Part shown: positions 10,052 through 19,261 of the stretch, piece after piece | Layout: every line of letters starts with the position of its first letter | How positions within the stretch are numbered: the stretch's first letter is position 1 | NCBI GenBank assembly: GCA_964631415.1 | Contig: CAZVZC010000024.1 | Span: 1-31,020, forward strand | Direction: 5' to 3' | Source of the DNA: an uncultured archaeon | Lineage (GTDB): Archaea > Asgardarchaeota > Thorarchaeia > Thorarchaeales > Thorarchaeaceae | Length of the DNA: 31,020 nucleotides | Notes under the pieces: generated by a model | Told to the model about the DNA's origin: nothing | Database searches by the model: none | The model's input: only the letters and a program-made list of their open reading frames with translations | Translations under genes and position numbers: made by a program

Positions 10052-11140
10052 GTGTTGTCGAGCGATGTCTACGAACGGCTGGCGGCCACGCTGAACAAGA
10101 TTCCGCTTGGGTTCCCCTCTGTAGAGGATGGAACGCATCTGAAACTGCTCAAGTGGATATTCACTCCGGAGGAGGCCGGGATTGCTGGTCGGATGAAGCT
10201 CAGAGGTGAAACAGCGGAAGAGCTAGCTAGTCGACTTGGACGGCCGCTCGAAGGCTTTCGAGAGCTGCTCGAAGTCATGGCCACGAAGGGCCAGATACGT
10301 GCTTGGAACTCAAGCACGGGCCGGCGGTATGCTCTGCTCGTTTTTGTTGGAGGGATTTGGGAGAATCAGCTCAAGAGAATGGACCGGAGATTCGCTCGAC
10401 TTGCTGAGGACTATTTCAACAAGAGTCATTGTAGAGGATTGTTTGATACTGAACCCGCACTCTTCAAAGTGATTCCAATCAACCGCGTCATTCGTCCTGA
10501 GCTGGAGGTGTACCCGTATGAAATTGCAGAAGGCATGATTGGGAGTGCGAAGTCTTGGGGACTAAGGGACTGCATGTGCAAGAAACAGCGAGAAGCAGTT
10601 GGAGAGCCCTGCAGGTTTCCATCCTCGGTCTGCATTCTCATCAATCCGAACAAGGAACATGCGTACGAGGGCGACTCATTCACCAAGGCTATTACAAAGG
10701 AGCGGGCGCTTGAAGTCCTGCGCCATGCTGAGGAGGCAGGACTGATTCATTGCTCAATGAACGTACAGGCCGGACACTCCTACATATGCAATTGCTGCAC
10801 CTGTTGTTGTCTTATGCTCAGAAGCCTTGTCAAGTGGAAACAGCCACATGCATTCATCAAGTCAGATTACCTCGCGCAAGTTGATGAAGAATCCTGTCTT
10901 GGTTGTGGCAAATGCAACGATAGGTGTCAGTTCGGCGCGTTGAGCGTCCCCGAAACCACCTGTCAGGTCGACTCGAATCTGTGCGTTGGATGCGGCGTCT
11001 GCTGCATATCTTGTGAACAAGGTGCTCTGAGTCTGGCTTCAAGAAACCTCGAGGGAAGAACAACGCCTCCAGCATCAGTTCAAGACTGGAGCATTCAGAA
11101 GGCATCTTCTAGGGGCGTTGATCCGTCAGATCTTCTCTAG
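10052..11140 (+). CDS. Cys-rich 4Fe-4S protein (N-terminal wHTH-like region, CNCCTCCC motif, 2x[4Fe-4S] ferredoxin), copy 1
   Basis: IFTPEEA, CMC...C...C, HC...CNCCTCCC, CLGCGKCNDRC, CVGCGVCCISC. Confidence 0.85.
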   Translation: MLSSDVYERLAATLNKIPLGFPSVEDGTHLKLLKWIFTPEEAGIAGRMKLRGETAEELASRLGRPLEGFRELLEVMATKGQIRAWNSSTGRRYALLVFVGGIWENQLKRMDRRFARLAEDYFNKSHCRGLFDTEPALFKVIPINRVIRPELEVYPYEIAEGMIGSAKSWGLRDCMCKKQREAVGEPCRFPSSVCILINPNKEHAYEGDSFTKAITKERALEVLRHAEEAGLIHCSMNVQAGHSYICNCCTCCCLMLRSLVKWKQPHAFIKSDYLAQVDEESCLGCGKCNDRCQFGALSVPETTCQVDSNLCVGCGVCCISCEQGALSLASRNLEGRTTPPASVQDWSIQKASSRGVDPSDLL

Positions 11141-11330
11141 GCTGGACACAGCGCTATATCAGGAAATGCGATGGCCACTCTGAGCGGCTGAGGGTGGTGG
11201 ATGAGTCTCTTGCTGCCCGACATTCAGTGCGGCGAAAGACCTTTCAGCATTCGCTGACCGATGTCTAATTGAGATGAGCTGGGGGTCTGCTTCAGCCTGT
11301 AAATACCCGCCTGTAGGTGGTCCTGTCTGA

Positions 11331-12194
11331 ATGAGAATAATCGAGATTGTACTCTCGAGGGATGTCTTTGCTCCTGGGGGAAGGATTGATGGCAAAGTCG
11401 TGTCCATGTGTGACAAGAGCTTCAACTGCAATAGAGTGACTCTGGCGTTACAGGGAGAAGAAATGAGCAGGATTGTTCATGGTTCCGGAAAGAGCCGTCA
11501 TGTACATACGGAGAAGAGGGAGCACATGAACGAGCAGTTGGAACTACTTGGATCCTGCGAAGTTCCCGAGGGCGAAAACGCCTGTGACTTCAGTCTGGTC
11601 CTCCCGGAACACCTGCCTGCGTCTTTTGCCGGCACGTACAGTCACATCGAGTACATCCTGAAGGCCAACATCGAAATCTCTCGAGCCCTTGATCAGGGGT
11701 GCAAGAAGGCCATCTATGTGCAGCATACAGTACCACCCTTGATGCCTTCGGAGGACAGAGGAGTAATCGAGCAAGATGGGACTCCAATTGTTTCAGTTGA
11801 ACTTGAGAAAGACATCGTACAGCCGGGGCAGTTACTCCCTGTAAGATTCATGGTTTCTGGCGACCAGAAGTTCCGAGCGGTCAGAATGCAGATCATCACA
11901 CGTGAGTCTGTAGCCCCGAATGGCAACCATGCACAATACGATACCGCTCTTGCAGAGGTATATCGTCGGAAAGAGGACATAGATCTGGAGAGCTGGAACG
12001 AGATTGCTCTGGGCGTGCCCCTGCGTTGCACTCCTCCCTTCAAGACGGACTTGATCGACTTCGCATACTGGCTCAAGGCCACACTTGACATCGCGTGGCA
12101 GCTCGATAAGGTTCTGTTCATGCCCCTCCGATTCTCTCTAGAGAGTCATCAACTGGACGACAGTGAGGGACAGACGAAAGTCAAGCCTTGGTGA
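11331..12194 (+). CDS. Arrestin-fold protein (arrestin N and C domains; alpha-arrestin/Vps26/SpoOM clan)
   Basis: N lobe: FAPGGRIDGKV...LQGEE...DFSLVLPEHLPASFAGTYSHIEYILKA. C lobe: VELEKDIVQPGQ...VP...PPFKTDLIDFAYWLKA. TAAATA at 11300-11305. Confidence 0.8.
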   Translation: MRIIEIVLSRDVFAPGGRIDGKVVSMCDKSFNCNRVTLALQGEEMSRIVHGSGKSRHVHTEKREHMNEQLELLGSCEVPEGENACDFSLVLPEHLPASFAGTYSHIEYILKANIEISRALDQGCKKAIYVQHTVPPLMPSEDRGVIEQDGTPIVSVELEKDIVQPGQLLPVRFMVSGDQKFRAVRMQIITRESVAPNGNHAQYDTALAEVYRRKEDIDLESWNEIALGVPLRCTPPFKTDLIDFAYWLKATLDIAWQLDKVLFMPLRFSLESHQLDDSEGQTKVKPW

Positions 12195-12321
12195 TTAATC
12201 GATGGCAATCTTCAGTTGAATGATCGCCAGAGTGCAGATTCAATCGTCCCGGAATGGATAAATCCTACTGCGCAAGAGATACTCTTTCAGCATTCGAGCG
12301 AGCACCGAGGAGAGGATTCCA

Positions 12322-14046
12322 TTGACGAAGTTCACCGGCGGCGAGATTCTGACGAAATGCCTGATCGAAGAGGGTGTGAGGTATGTCTTTGGCGTTCCCG
12401 GAGACCAGCTCTACCCCCTGTTGGATGCAATTGGCAGATCGGGCAAGATTCAGTTTGTGACGTTTCGACATGAGCAGGCGGCGGCACATGCGGCAGACGC
12501 GTGGGCTAGGACCACAGGAGAACCCGGGGTGTGCCTAGGGACGGTTGGACCCGGAGCGGCTGACCTTGTGCCCGGAGTGTACGCCGCTTTCGCAGACAGC
12601 ATCCCAATGATTGTGCTTTGCGCCCAGAATCAGTCATGGCGCATCTATCCGGACCATGGGAGCACACAGGGGCTAGACCAGATTGACCTGTTCCGCCCAA
12701 TCACGAAGTGGAGGGCAAACATATCTCACTGGCAGAGAATTCCACATCTCGTCCACTGGGCATTCAGAGAGGCGACATCTGGGCGACCAGGACCAGTCCA
12801 CTTGGACATCCCGTCCGATGTGCTCTACCTCAAGTGTGAAGATAGTATGCTGGAAGATGGTGTGGTCTCTCGTGATAGATATCGCATGACACGGCCTCCT
12901 GTTGGAGATCCCGAACTCATCAAGAGAGCAGCCAAGATGCTGCTTGAGGCGAAGTTTCCACTGCTCCACGCAGGAGGGGGCGTGCTGGCCTCTGCTGCTT
13001 CGAGAGAACTGGTCGACCTAGCCGAGCATCTTCAGGCGCCTGTCACAACGTCAGTCTGGGCAAGAGGTGCAATCCCTGAAGATCATCCGCTGTCACTGTT
13101 TCCAGCTGGTTTTGGGGCTATTGCTGCACAGAGCCAAGCCGACGTCGTGCTACTTGTGGGCGGCAGACTCGGAGATCTCGACTTCTGGGGCAGACCTCCG
13201 GCATGGGGCGAAAGTGCCAAGCAGAAGCTGATTCAGATTGACATCGCTCCTGAGATGATCGCCCACAACCGGGTTGTCGACCTTCCCATAGTTGGCGATG
13301 CCAAGAGCACACTTTCAGAGATACTGAAGCTCGTCAAGGCGAAGCCGAAGGCAAAACCAAGACCCGAGATGAAGGATTGTCGCGAGGCGCAGGAAAGCTG
13401 GCTCGCGGACTACATCCAGCAGGGAAAGTCTGACCAAGTACCAATCCATCCCCTAAGAATGATCCGGGACGTACGCGACTTCTTTCCACGTAATGCCATC
13501 TCAATTGTTGATGGAGGCAACATCGCTGTCTGGGCCGTGTACCTGAACCGGATATATGAGCCGCGGACGTTTCTCTGGCCGTCTGACTCCGGACATCTGG
13601 GCGTGGGAACGGGCTACGCGATTGGTTCCAAGCTAGCCCACCCAGAGAAAGAGGTCTACGTCATCTCTGGGGATGGCGCGTTCATGTTCAACGTCCAAGA
13701 GCTAGAGACTATGAGAAGGCTGAAGCTGCCCCTCACAATAATCATTGCAGATGATAGAGCCTATGGCATGATTAAGGCGGGGCAGAAAGGTCTCTACGAA
13801 GGGAGATATGTCGGTGTTGACTTCATCGACATCAGATATGACAAGATTGCTGAAGGGATGGGGTGCTTCGGTGTTCGTGTGGAGAAACCCGGCGACCTGA
13901 AGCCCGCGCTTGAGAGAGCCAAGGCCTCCGGACTCCCTGCTGTAATAGACGTCGTCATCGACCCTGATGTGAACTTGGCGCCACCCGACTTCGAATCAGT
14001 GGCCTCTGTCTGGTTGGAGGGCTGCCAGCTGCCAGGTGGTGACTAG
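12322..14046 (+). CDS. Thiamine-diphosphate-dependent enzyme, acetolactate synthase/HACL-like family
   Basis: FGVPG, RHEQAAAHAAD, GPG, GRPGPVHLDIP and ThDP motif GDGAF...DDRAYG; TTG start. Confidence 0.92.
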   Translation: MTKFTGGEILTKCLIEEGVRYVFGVPGDQLYPLLDAIGRSGKIQFVTFRHEQAAAHAADAWARTTGEPGVCLGTVGPGAADLVPGVYAAFADSIPMIVLCAQNQSWRIYPDHGSTQGLDQIDLFRPITKWRANISHWQRIPHLVHWAFREATSGRPGPVHLDIPSDVLYLKCEDSMLEDGVVSRDRYRMTRPPVGDPELIKRAAKMLLEAKFPLLHAGGGVLASAASRELVDLAEHLQAPVTTSVWARGAIPEDHPLSLFPAGFGAIAAQSQADVVLLVGGRLGDLDFWGRPPAWGESAKQKLIQIDIAPEMIAHNRVVDLPIVGDAKSTLSEILKLVKAKPKAKPRPEMKDCREAQESWLADYIQQGKSDQVPIHPLRMIRDVRDFFPRNAISIVDGGNIAVWAVYLNRIYEPRTFLWPSDSGHLGVGTGYAIGSKLAHPEKEVYVISGDGAFMFNVQELETMRRLKLPLTIIIADDRAYGMIKAGQKGLYEGRYVGVDFIDIRYDKIAEGMGCFGVRVEKPGDLKPALERAKASGLPAVIDVVIDPDVNLAPPDFESVASVWLEGCQLPGGD

Positions 14047-15060
14047 TTGCGGGCTGCAGTCTATGAAGGCACTCGGGAGCTCTACGTTAGGGAAGTCCCC
14101 GAGCCTACGATGGGACCGCATGATGTCCTTGTGAAACCGAAGTACGTGGGCATATGTGGGAGCGACTTGAACGCATGGCAATATGGTATGTTCGAGCCAG
14201 GCGTCATAATTGGGCACGAGTTCTCAGGAGAAGTTGTCGAGGTAGGGAGAGAAGTCGCCGCGTGGTCAACCGGCGACCGGGTGGTGCCCAACTCCCTCAT
14301 TCCATGTGGAGAGTGCAAGTTCTGCTCTCAACAGAAACACTCTCTCTGCGAGAATATGCAGATGGTTGGGATCTCCATGAACGGGGGTATGGCCGACCTA
14401 GTTTCACTCCCGGAGGGCACTCTCTACCGTCTTCCGAAGTCTATCGACGACAAGATGGGCGCAATGGTCGAGCCTCTCGCCGTTGTGCTCAGAGCATTTG
14501 AACGGGCACGATTCGCTAAGGGCGTGAGTGTCTTGATACTGGGGGCCGGACCCATTGGTCTTCTCTCTCTGCTCGTCGCGAAGGAAAAGGGCGCTGAGCA
14601 TGTTCTCGTGTCTGAGGTCAAGCCGGCTCGGCTCAGCCTAGCAAAGAGCTTGGGTGCCGACGATGTGGTGAACCCGCTGGAAGAGTCAATCTCGCTGCGG
14701 CTTGAGAGTTTGACCAAGGCGCAGGGGACTGACCTTGTTATCGAATGCACTGGCGCGCCCGGCCCGAGTTCAGAGACTTTCAGACTTGTGAAGAGAGGTG
14801 GCACAATACTTGTGCTTGGAATCTGTGAGGAGCCGGTGGAAGTGGACTTCATGACTGGAGTTCTGAATGAGCTCAGCATACAGTTCAGTTATCTCGGATA
14901 TGCCGAGTTTCCAAAAGCTATCAAGCTCATCGCCAGCGGGAGGGTCAACCCTGCTCCTCTCGTGACAAGAGTGATCCCGCTGGAACGAGTTGTTGAGGAT
15001 GGATTCGAGCTGCTGACTAGCCCGGGCAGCTCGGATGTCAAGGTACTTGTACAAATATGA
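14047..15060 (+). CDS. Zn-dependent medium-chain alcohol dehydrogenase (butanediol/threonine DH-like)
   Basis: GICGSD, GHEFSG, structural Zn CGECKFC...C, GAGPIG; abuts the upstream stop codon. Confidence 0.92.
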   Translation: MRAAVYEGTRELYVREVPEPTMGPHDVLVKPKYVGICGSDLNAWQYGMFEPGVIIGHEFSGEVVEVGREVAAWSTGDRVVPNSLIPCGECKFCSQQKHSLCENMQMVGISMNGGMADLVSLPEGTLYRLPKSIDDKMGAMVEPLAVVLRAFERARFAKGVSVLILGAGPIGLLSLLVAKEKGAEHVLVSEVKPARLSLAKSLGADDVVNPLEESISLRLESLTKAQGTDLVIECTGAPGPSSETFRLVKRGGTILVLGICEEPVEVDFMTGVLNELSIQFSYLGYAEFPKAIKLIASGRVNPAPLVTRVIPLERVVEDGFELLTSPGSSDVKVLVQI

Positions 15061-15512
15061 CAGGAGGATATGTTGCGATGGCAAATAGGATGAAGCTGGC
15101 CAGTGACGAATACCTGGCCGAGTTCGAGAAGAGAATCAACGCTGACAAGCAGTATGCAGAACTGGGAAAGACGGTGGACGATTCCTACACGCTGGTGTTG
15201 CAGGCCGAGCCTGACAAAGGAATCAGTGAAACAGCGACAGTTGGCTTTGTGATAAAGGCGGGAAAGCTAAGCTCGATGTGGAAAGGCGAGCGCGAAACAT
15301 CTTTCATCCTGAGTGCTCCCTATGGTGTCTGGGTCGACATACTGCTAGGCAGGATAGGAGCGAACAGGGCCTTCATAACACGAAAACTGAAGATCGTGGG
15401 TAATATGCCTCGACTGCTGAGGACAGCTAAGGCCACCGATCGTCTCGTTGAGGTTCTGAGAACTGTGCCGACAGAGTTCAATGGCAAGTACGTCGACCAG
15501 TCATTCGGATAG
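15057..15512 (+). CDS. SCP2 sterol/lipid-binding domain protein
   Basis: APYGVWVDILLGRIGANRAFITRKLKIVGNM matches the SCP2 C-terminal signature; ATGA overlap with the ADH. Confidence 0.82.
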   Translation: MTGGYVAMANRMKLASDEYLAEFEKRINADKQYAELGKTVDDSYTLVLQAEPDKGISETATVGFVIKAGKLSSMWKGERETSFILSAPYGVWVDILLGRIGANRAFITRKLKIVGNMPRLLRTAKATDRLVEVLRTVPTEFNGKYVDQSFG

Positions 15513-15547
15513 GTCTGTGACAAGAGAAACGATTGGCCTGCAGGTCC

Positions 15548-16411
15548 TCATTGTTCCTGAAACCTAGCCAACATCGACGCAGCGACAATGATGCAGCCCG
15601 CACCCAGCCAGAAGAACAACGGTTGGCTGAGGACTTGGCCGAAGATCCATAGCCCTGCCGCTATAGGAATCAGGTTCATCGTAATCTGCATGAACGGGAT
15701 GATGTTCACTCCACGTCCTCGCTTGAACGCTTCTTGAGTCGTCAAGATACCGAAAACAGTCCCGAGCACAGTACCCACAAGTCCCAAAGTGAACATCAGC
15801 ACTGCAGGGATCTGCGAGAGGTCTTCAAGAGAAACGATGAACACTTGCATAGAAACAGAAACAATAGCATAGCAGGTCCCGGATAGTAGCCCCAGAGTGA
15901 CAAGCTGTACTCTAAAGACGATGACAGACAGCACCGCAAGTATCGCAGATAGGACAAGAACGCACATCACCAAGTAACCGAGCCGCACGGACGATTCGGG
16001 ATTCAGCACCGACTGCAGCGTGATGTCGCCTGAAACCCCTCCGAGTCCTATGCTGATCATGCTCAGAACCAGGAGGACTACAGCGAAACCCTCCAAGCGC
16101 TTCAGCTTCTCCCCCAGAAAGTATACCAGACCTAACACAAGAACGATAATGCCTGAGTTGCTGAGAGGCTGTGCCAGAGTCACGCCAATTGTGTCTAGAG
16201 CATACAGAAAGAAGGGCCAGATAAGCAGGGTCTGCATGGCGACCCCCATGACCCATATGGGATCTCTCAGAAAGAGTCTGATATCGGAAACTTGCTTCTT
16301 CTCCCCAGGTCTCGATTTGAGATTGACTTGGCGCTTCTGTAGTACGATGCCTAAGTTGTTGATTGCTGCGCCTGTGAGCATCGACAGTACTCCTAGGATT
16401 GCCACAGCCAT
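15548..16411 (-). CDS. DMT-superfamily transporter, NIPA/Mg2+-transporter-like
   Basis: About 9 TM; G-x-V-L-Q-K after TM1, FLRDPIWVMG, TLAQPL, FLGEKL. Confidence 0.75.
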   Translation of the reverse strand: MAVAILGVLSMLTGAAINNLGIVLQKRQVNLKSRPGEKKQVSDIRLFLRDPIWVMGVAMQTLLIWPFFLYALDTIGVTLAQPLSNSGIIVLVLGLVYFLGEKLKRLEGFAVVLLVLSMISIGLGGVSGDITLQSVLNPESSVRLGYLVMCVLVLSAILAVLSVIVFRVQLVTLGLLSGTCYAIVSVSMQVFIVSLEDLSQIPAVLMFTLGLVGTVLGTVFGILTTQEAFKRGRGVNIIPFMQITMNLIPIAAGLWIFGQVLSQPLFFWLGAGCIIVAASMLARFQEQ

Positions 16412-16460
16412 GCTAGAGTCATAATACTCAACGTGGCTTTATTGTTTTAGGGCAGATCCG

Positions 16461-16889
16461 ATGGCCTTGCGCTGTGCGCAGCATTTATCCAGATGGATAC
16501 ATATACAAACCGTGGTTGCAGTTATGTACCCAGACGGGGAGCAGAAGGAACCTTGGCTGCTATCGAAGAGGGCAAGAGGACCAATACTAAGGCGCCTGGT
16601 CGTAGTCGTTCTGCTGATTTACCTAGTGGCGCTGGTCCCATTTGCTCGGGGGATAGGGGGCGATTTGGCCGGAGGCTTTTATTGGACTTACCCTGGCTTT
16701 GTGCTGTTTCCAATCCCGGGTGACTCTGGTTCAATGATACCTGTGACGGAGCCGCTCACTCCGATTGACCAGTTTGTGTATGTCGTTTTCATATGGAATG
16801 GTATGTGGGTGGCATGGACTGCAGTTGCCGTTCTCTATATTGTCTATCCCTTTCTGCTGAAACTCAGGTCCGAACGCAAGAAGAACTAG
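16461..16889 (+). CDS. Hypothetical two-TM membrane protein (true start possibly ATG 16524)
   Basis: ORF fills the gap; two hydrophobic helices and a basic C-terminus. Confidence 0.55.
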   Translation: MALRCAQHLSRWIHIQTVVAVMYPDGEQKEPWLLSKRARGPILRRLVVVVLLIYLVALVPFARGIGGDLAGGFYWTYPGFVLFPIPGDSGSMIPVTEPLTPIDQFVYVVFIWNGMWVAWTAVAVLYIVYPFLLKLRSERKKN

Positions 16890-17015
16890 ACGGCACATTA
16901 TTGTGCGACGACGGCGGAGCTAGATGCATCGGTGTCGTGCACAATCTTCAAGTGAGCTCTATGGTTACATTGAAGTCCATCTGGATTAGAACAGTACTCT
17001 CAAGAGGTCACAGCC

Positions 17016-18098
17016 ATGTCCACGAATCCATATGAGCGACTTGCCGCGACACTCGATAAGATACCCAACGGCTTCACCCCCACCAAGTCTGGGTCGCATC
17101 TCAAGGTACTGAAGTGGATATTCACTCCTGAAGAGGCTGACATCGCCAGTCGGATGAAACTGAAGGGTGAAACCGTAGCGGAGATGGCGCTCCGGATTGG
17201 AATGAAGGAGAAAGGCCTCGAGATTCTCCTTGATCGGATGGCCAGCAAAGGCCAGATACGTTCTTGGGTGTCGAGAACGGGCAAGCGCTATGCTCTCATG
17301 CCTTTCGCAGTGGGCATATACGAAGAGCAACTCGGCAGGATGGACAAGACCTTTGCGCGGATCGTCGAGGACTACTTCAGAGAGGCGCGAGGTGGCGGGT
17401 TGTTCGAAGTGCAGCCCGCGATATTCAGGGTTGTTCCAGTCAACCGAGCAATCCATTCCGAGCTTGAGATTTACCCGTATCAGGTTGCAGAACAGATGAT
17501 TGACAGTTCCCAATCTTGGGGTGTCCGTGAGTGTATCTGCAAGAAACAGCAGGGACTACTTGGAAAGCCGTGTAAGTACCCGACTTCTGTGTGCATCACT
17601 CTTTCGCCCAAGGTAGAGGGTGTGTTCGACGACGACCCCATAACGAAGCCTGTCACGAAGGCCGAGGCACAAGGCATCTTGCGTCAGGCGGAGGAGGCTG
17701 GTCTCGTCCATTGTTCTATGAATATTCAGAAGGGTCAGTTCTTCATCTGTAACTGCTGTACTTGCTGTTGTGCAGTTCTTCGTGCAGTTTCAAAGTGGGA
17801 GCGGCCTCAGGCTCTGGTGAAGTCGGACTATGTCGCCCATGTGGATCCCGACTTGTGCGCAGGGTGCGAAACGTGTCTGGACCGTTGTCAGTTCAAGGCT
17901 CTGAAAGTCGTCGATGGTACGAGCCAAGTTGATGCTTCTAGATGCGTAGGGTGCGGTGTCTGCACAATCACGTGTCCACAGAATGCCCTCACGCTCGTCA
18001 GAAAGGATTCGACAGAATCTGCTCCTCCAGAAACACTGATGGACTGGATGGTTGAGAGGGGCACTGCAAGAGGTGTGGATCCTTCAGACCTGCTTTGA
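17016..18098 (+). CDS. Cys-rich 4Fe-4S protein, copy 2 (paralog of 10052..11140)
   Basis: Same motifs (YERLAATL, KWIFTPEEA, CNCCTCCC, two ferredoxin motifs) and identical C-terminus RGVDPSDLL. Confidence 0.87.
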   Translation: MSTNPYERLAATLDKIPNGFTPTKSGSHLKVLKWIFTPEEADIASRMKLKGETVAEMALRIGMKEKGLEILLDRMASKGQIRSWVSRTGKRYALMPFAVGIYEEQLGRMDKTFARIVEDYFREARGGGLFEVQPAIFRVVPVNRAIHSELEIYPYQVAEQMIDSSQSWGVRECICKKQQGLLGKPCKYPTSVCITLSPKVEGVFDDDPITKPVTKAEAQGILRQAEEAGLVHCSMNIQKGQFFICNCCTCCCAVLRAVSKWERPQALVKSDYVAHVDPDLCAGCETCLDRCQFKALKVVDGTSQVDASRCVGCGVCTITCPQNALTLVRKDSTESAPPETLMDWMVERGTARGVDPSDLL

Positions 18099-18239
18099 CA
18101 TGGCGCCTTCAGTGGAAGCTGTCACACTTCATAGAACCAGCTCAGAGGAGCCAATCACAGCACTTGGTGAAGGCTGACCAAACACTTTAAGGACAGTCAG
18201 ACAAGAATAGGTCGAATCTCGTGGACTGCGAGCACCTGA

Positions 18240-19214
18240 ATGGAGCATGATCAGCGGGACATGAATCAGCGCCGCTCCCGGAAGTACATTCCCCATCTGG
18301 CCCGGTTCCATTTTAGACCAACATATGACTGGACGATCGAAGAGGCGTGTCGACTCTACGCGAGTCGGGGTCCAACCTCAGACGACATGCCCCTAGATCA
18401 GGTGTTATATCAGGACTGCATAGCTGGCATGAAGCATCTTCCTCAGGGCTGCATAGATCTGGTAATAGCCGACCCGCCGTTTGGAATCGACTTCGATGGG
18501 AAGAGTGGGGTCTACAATCGTGACAGTGGACTCGTCCTAGAGGGGTACGAGGAGATTAGGGAGTCCTATGAGGACTTCACAAGCAAATGGCTCCGTGAGC
18601 TTCCGAGAGTCCTGAAATCAAACGGCTCTGCATACGTGTTCAGCGGGTGGAATAATCTCGAGTCCGTTCTCAGGGCTGGGCGAGAGGCCGGTTTCACACT
18701 TTTGAACCACATCATTTGGCACTATCCCTTTGGTGTGTACACGAGAAAGAGGCTTGTCAGTAGCCACTATCACATCCTCTTGTTCGTTAAAGACCAGCGA
18801 TTATGCTTTTTCAACAAGTTCGAACACTACCCGGAGGATGTCTGGCGCATAAAGCGGCGGTATCGCATCGGCCAAGCAAAGAATGGGACTCGACTCCCAC
18901 TCAAAGTTGTGGCTCGTTGTATTGACTTCTCATCCATACCAGGTGATGTTGTCCTTGATCCGTTCATGGGAAATGGCACGACAGCGCTTGCGGCGAAGTC
19001 GAACTGGAGACACTACATCGGTTTCGAAATCAACGAGCAGTTGAGAGCGCTGATTGAGAGCGAGATTAAGATGACAAAACCGGGTGATTCATATCAGCCG
19101 TACAGCCAGCGGCTACCAACAACTGAAGACTTGGCCCGAGAGTATCCTCAGGCTCACAAGGAATTCCTTCGTGGCCTGAATGAGGACGACAGAGTGACTC
19201 GCCCACAAGAGTAA
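18240..19214 (+). CDS. Site-specific amino-DNA methyltransferase (N6A/N4C, beta class), apparently orphan
   Basis: Motif IV DLVIADPPF precedes motif I VLDPFMGNGTT; IGFEIN. Confidence 0.92.
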   Translation: MEHDQRDMNQRRSRKYIPHLARFHFRPTYDWTIEEACRLYASRGPTSDDMPLDQVLYQDCIAGMKHLPQGCIDLVIADPPFGIDFDGKSGVYNRDSGLVLEGYEEIRESYEDFTSKWLRELPRVLKSNGSAYVFSGWNNLESVLRAGREAGFTLLNHIIWHYPFGVYTRKRLVSSHYHILLFVKDQRLCFFNKFEHYPEDVWRIKRRYRIGQAKNGTRLPLKVVARCIDFSSIPGDVVLDPFMGNGTTALAAKSNWRHYIGFEINEQLRALIESEIKMTKPGDSYQPYSQRLPTTEDLAREYPQAHKEFLRGLNEDDRVTRPQE

Positions 19215-19261
19215 CGTCGGTAGACAATCAGCCCAGCAACCCGCAAGGTGGTCAAGCACGC

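Noticed and set aside
11141-11330. Possible structured ncRNA or C/D-box sRNA in the 190-nt intergenic region (GACAT/ATGTC and TCAG/CTGA pairings, several CTGA)
   Set aside because: The stems are short and interrupted, there is no canonical RTGATGA box C, and this is compatible with chance.
10052-18098. Composite transposon or recent segmental duplication bounded by the two Fe-S genes
   Set aside because: The copies are strongly diverged at the DNA level, with no transposase, terminal repeats or target-site duplication seen.
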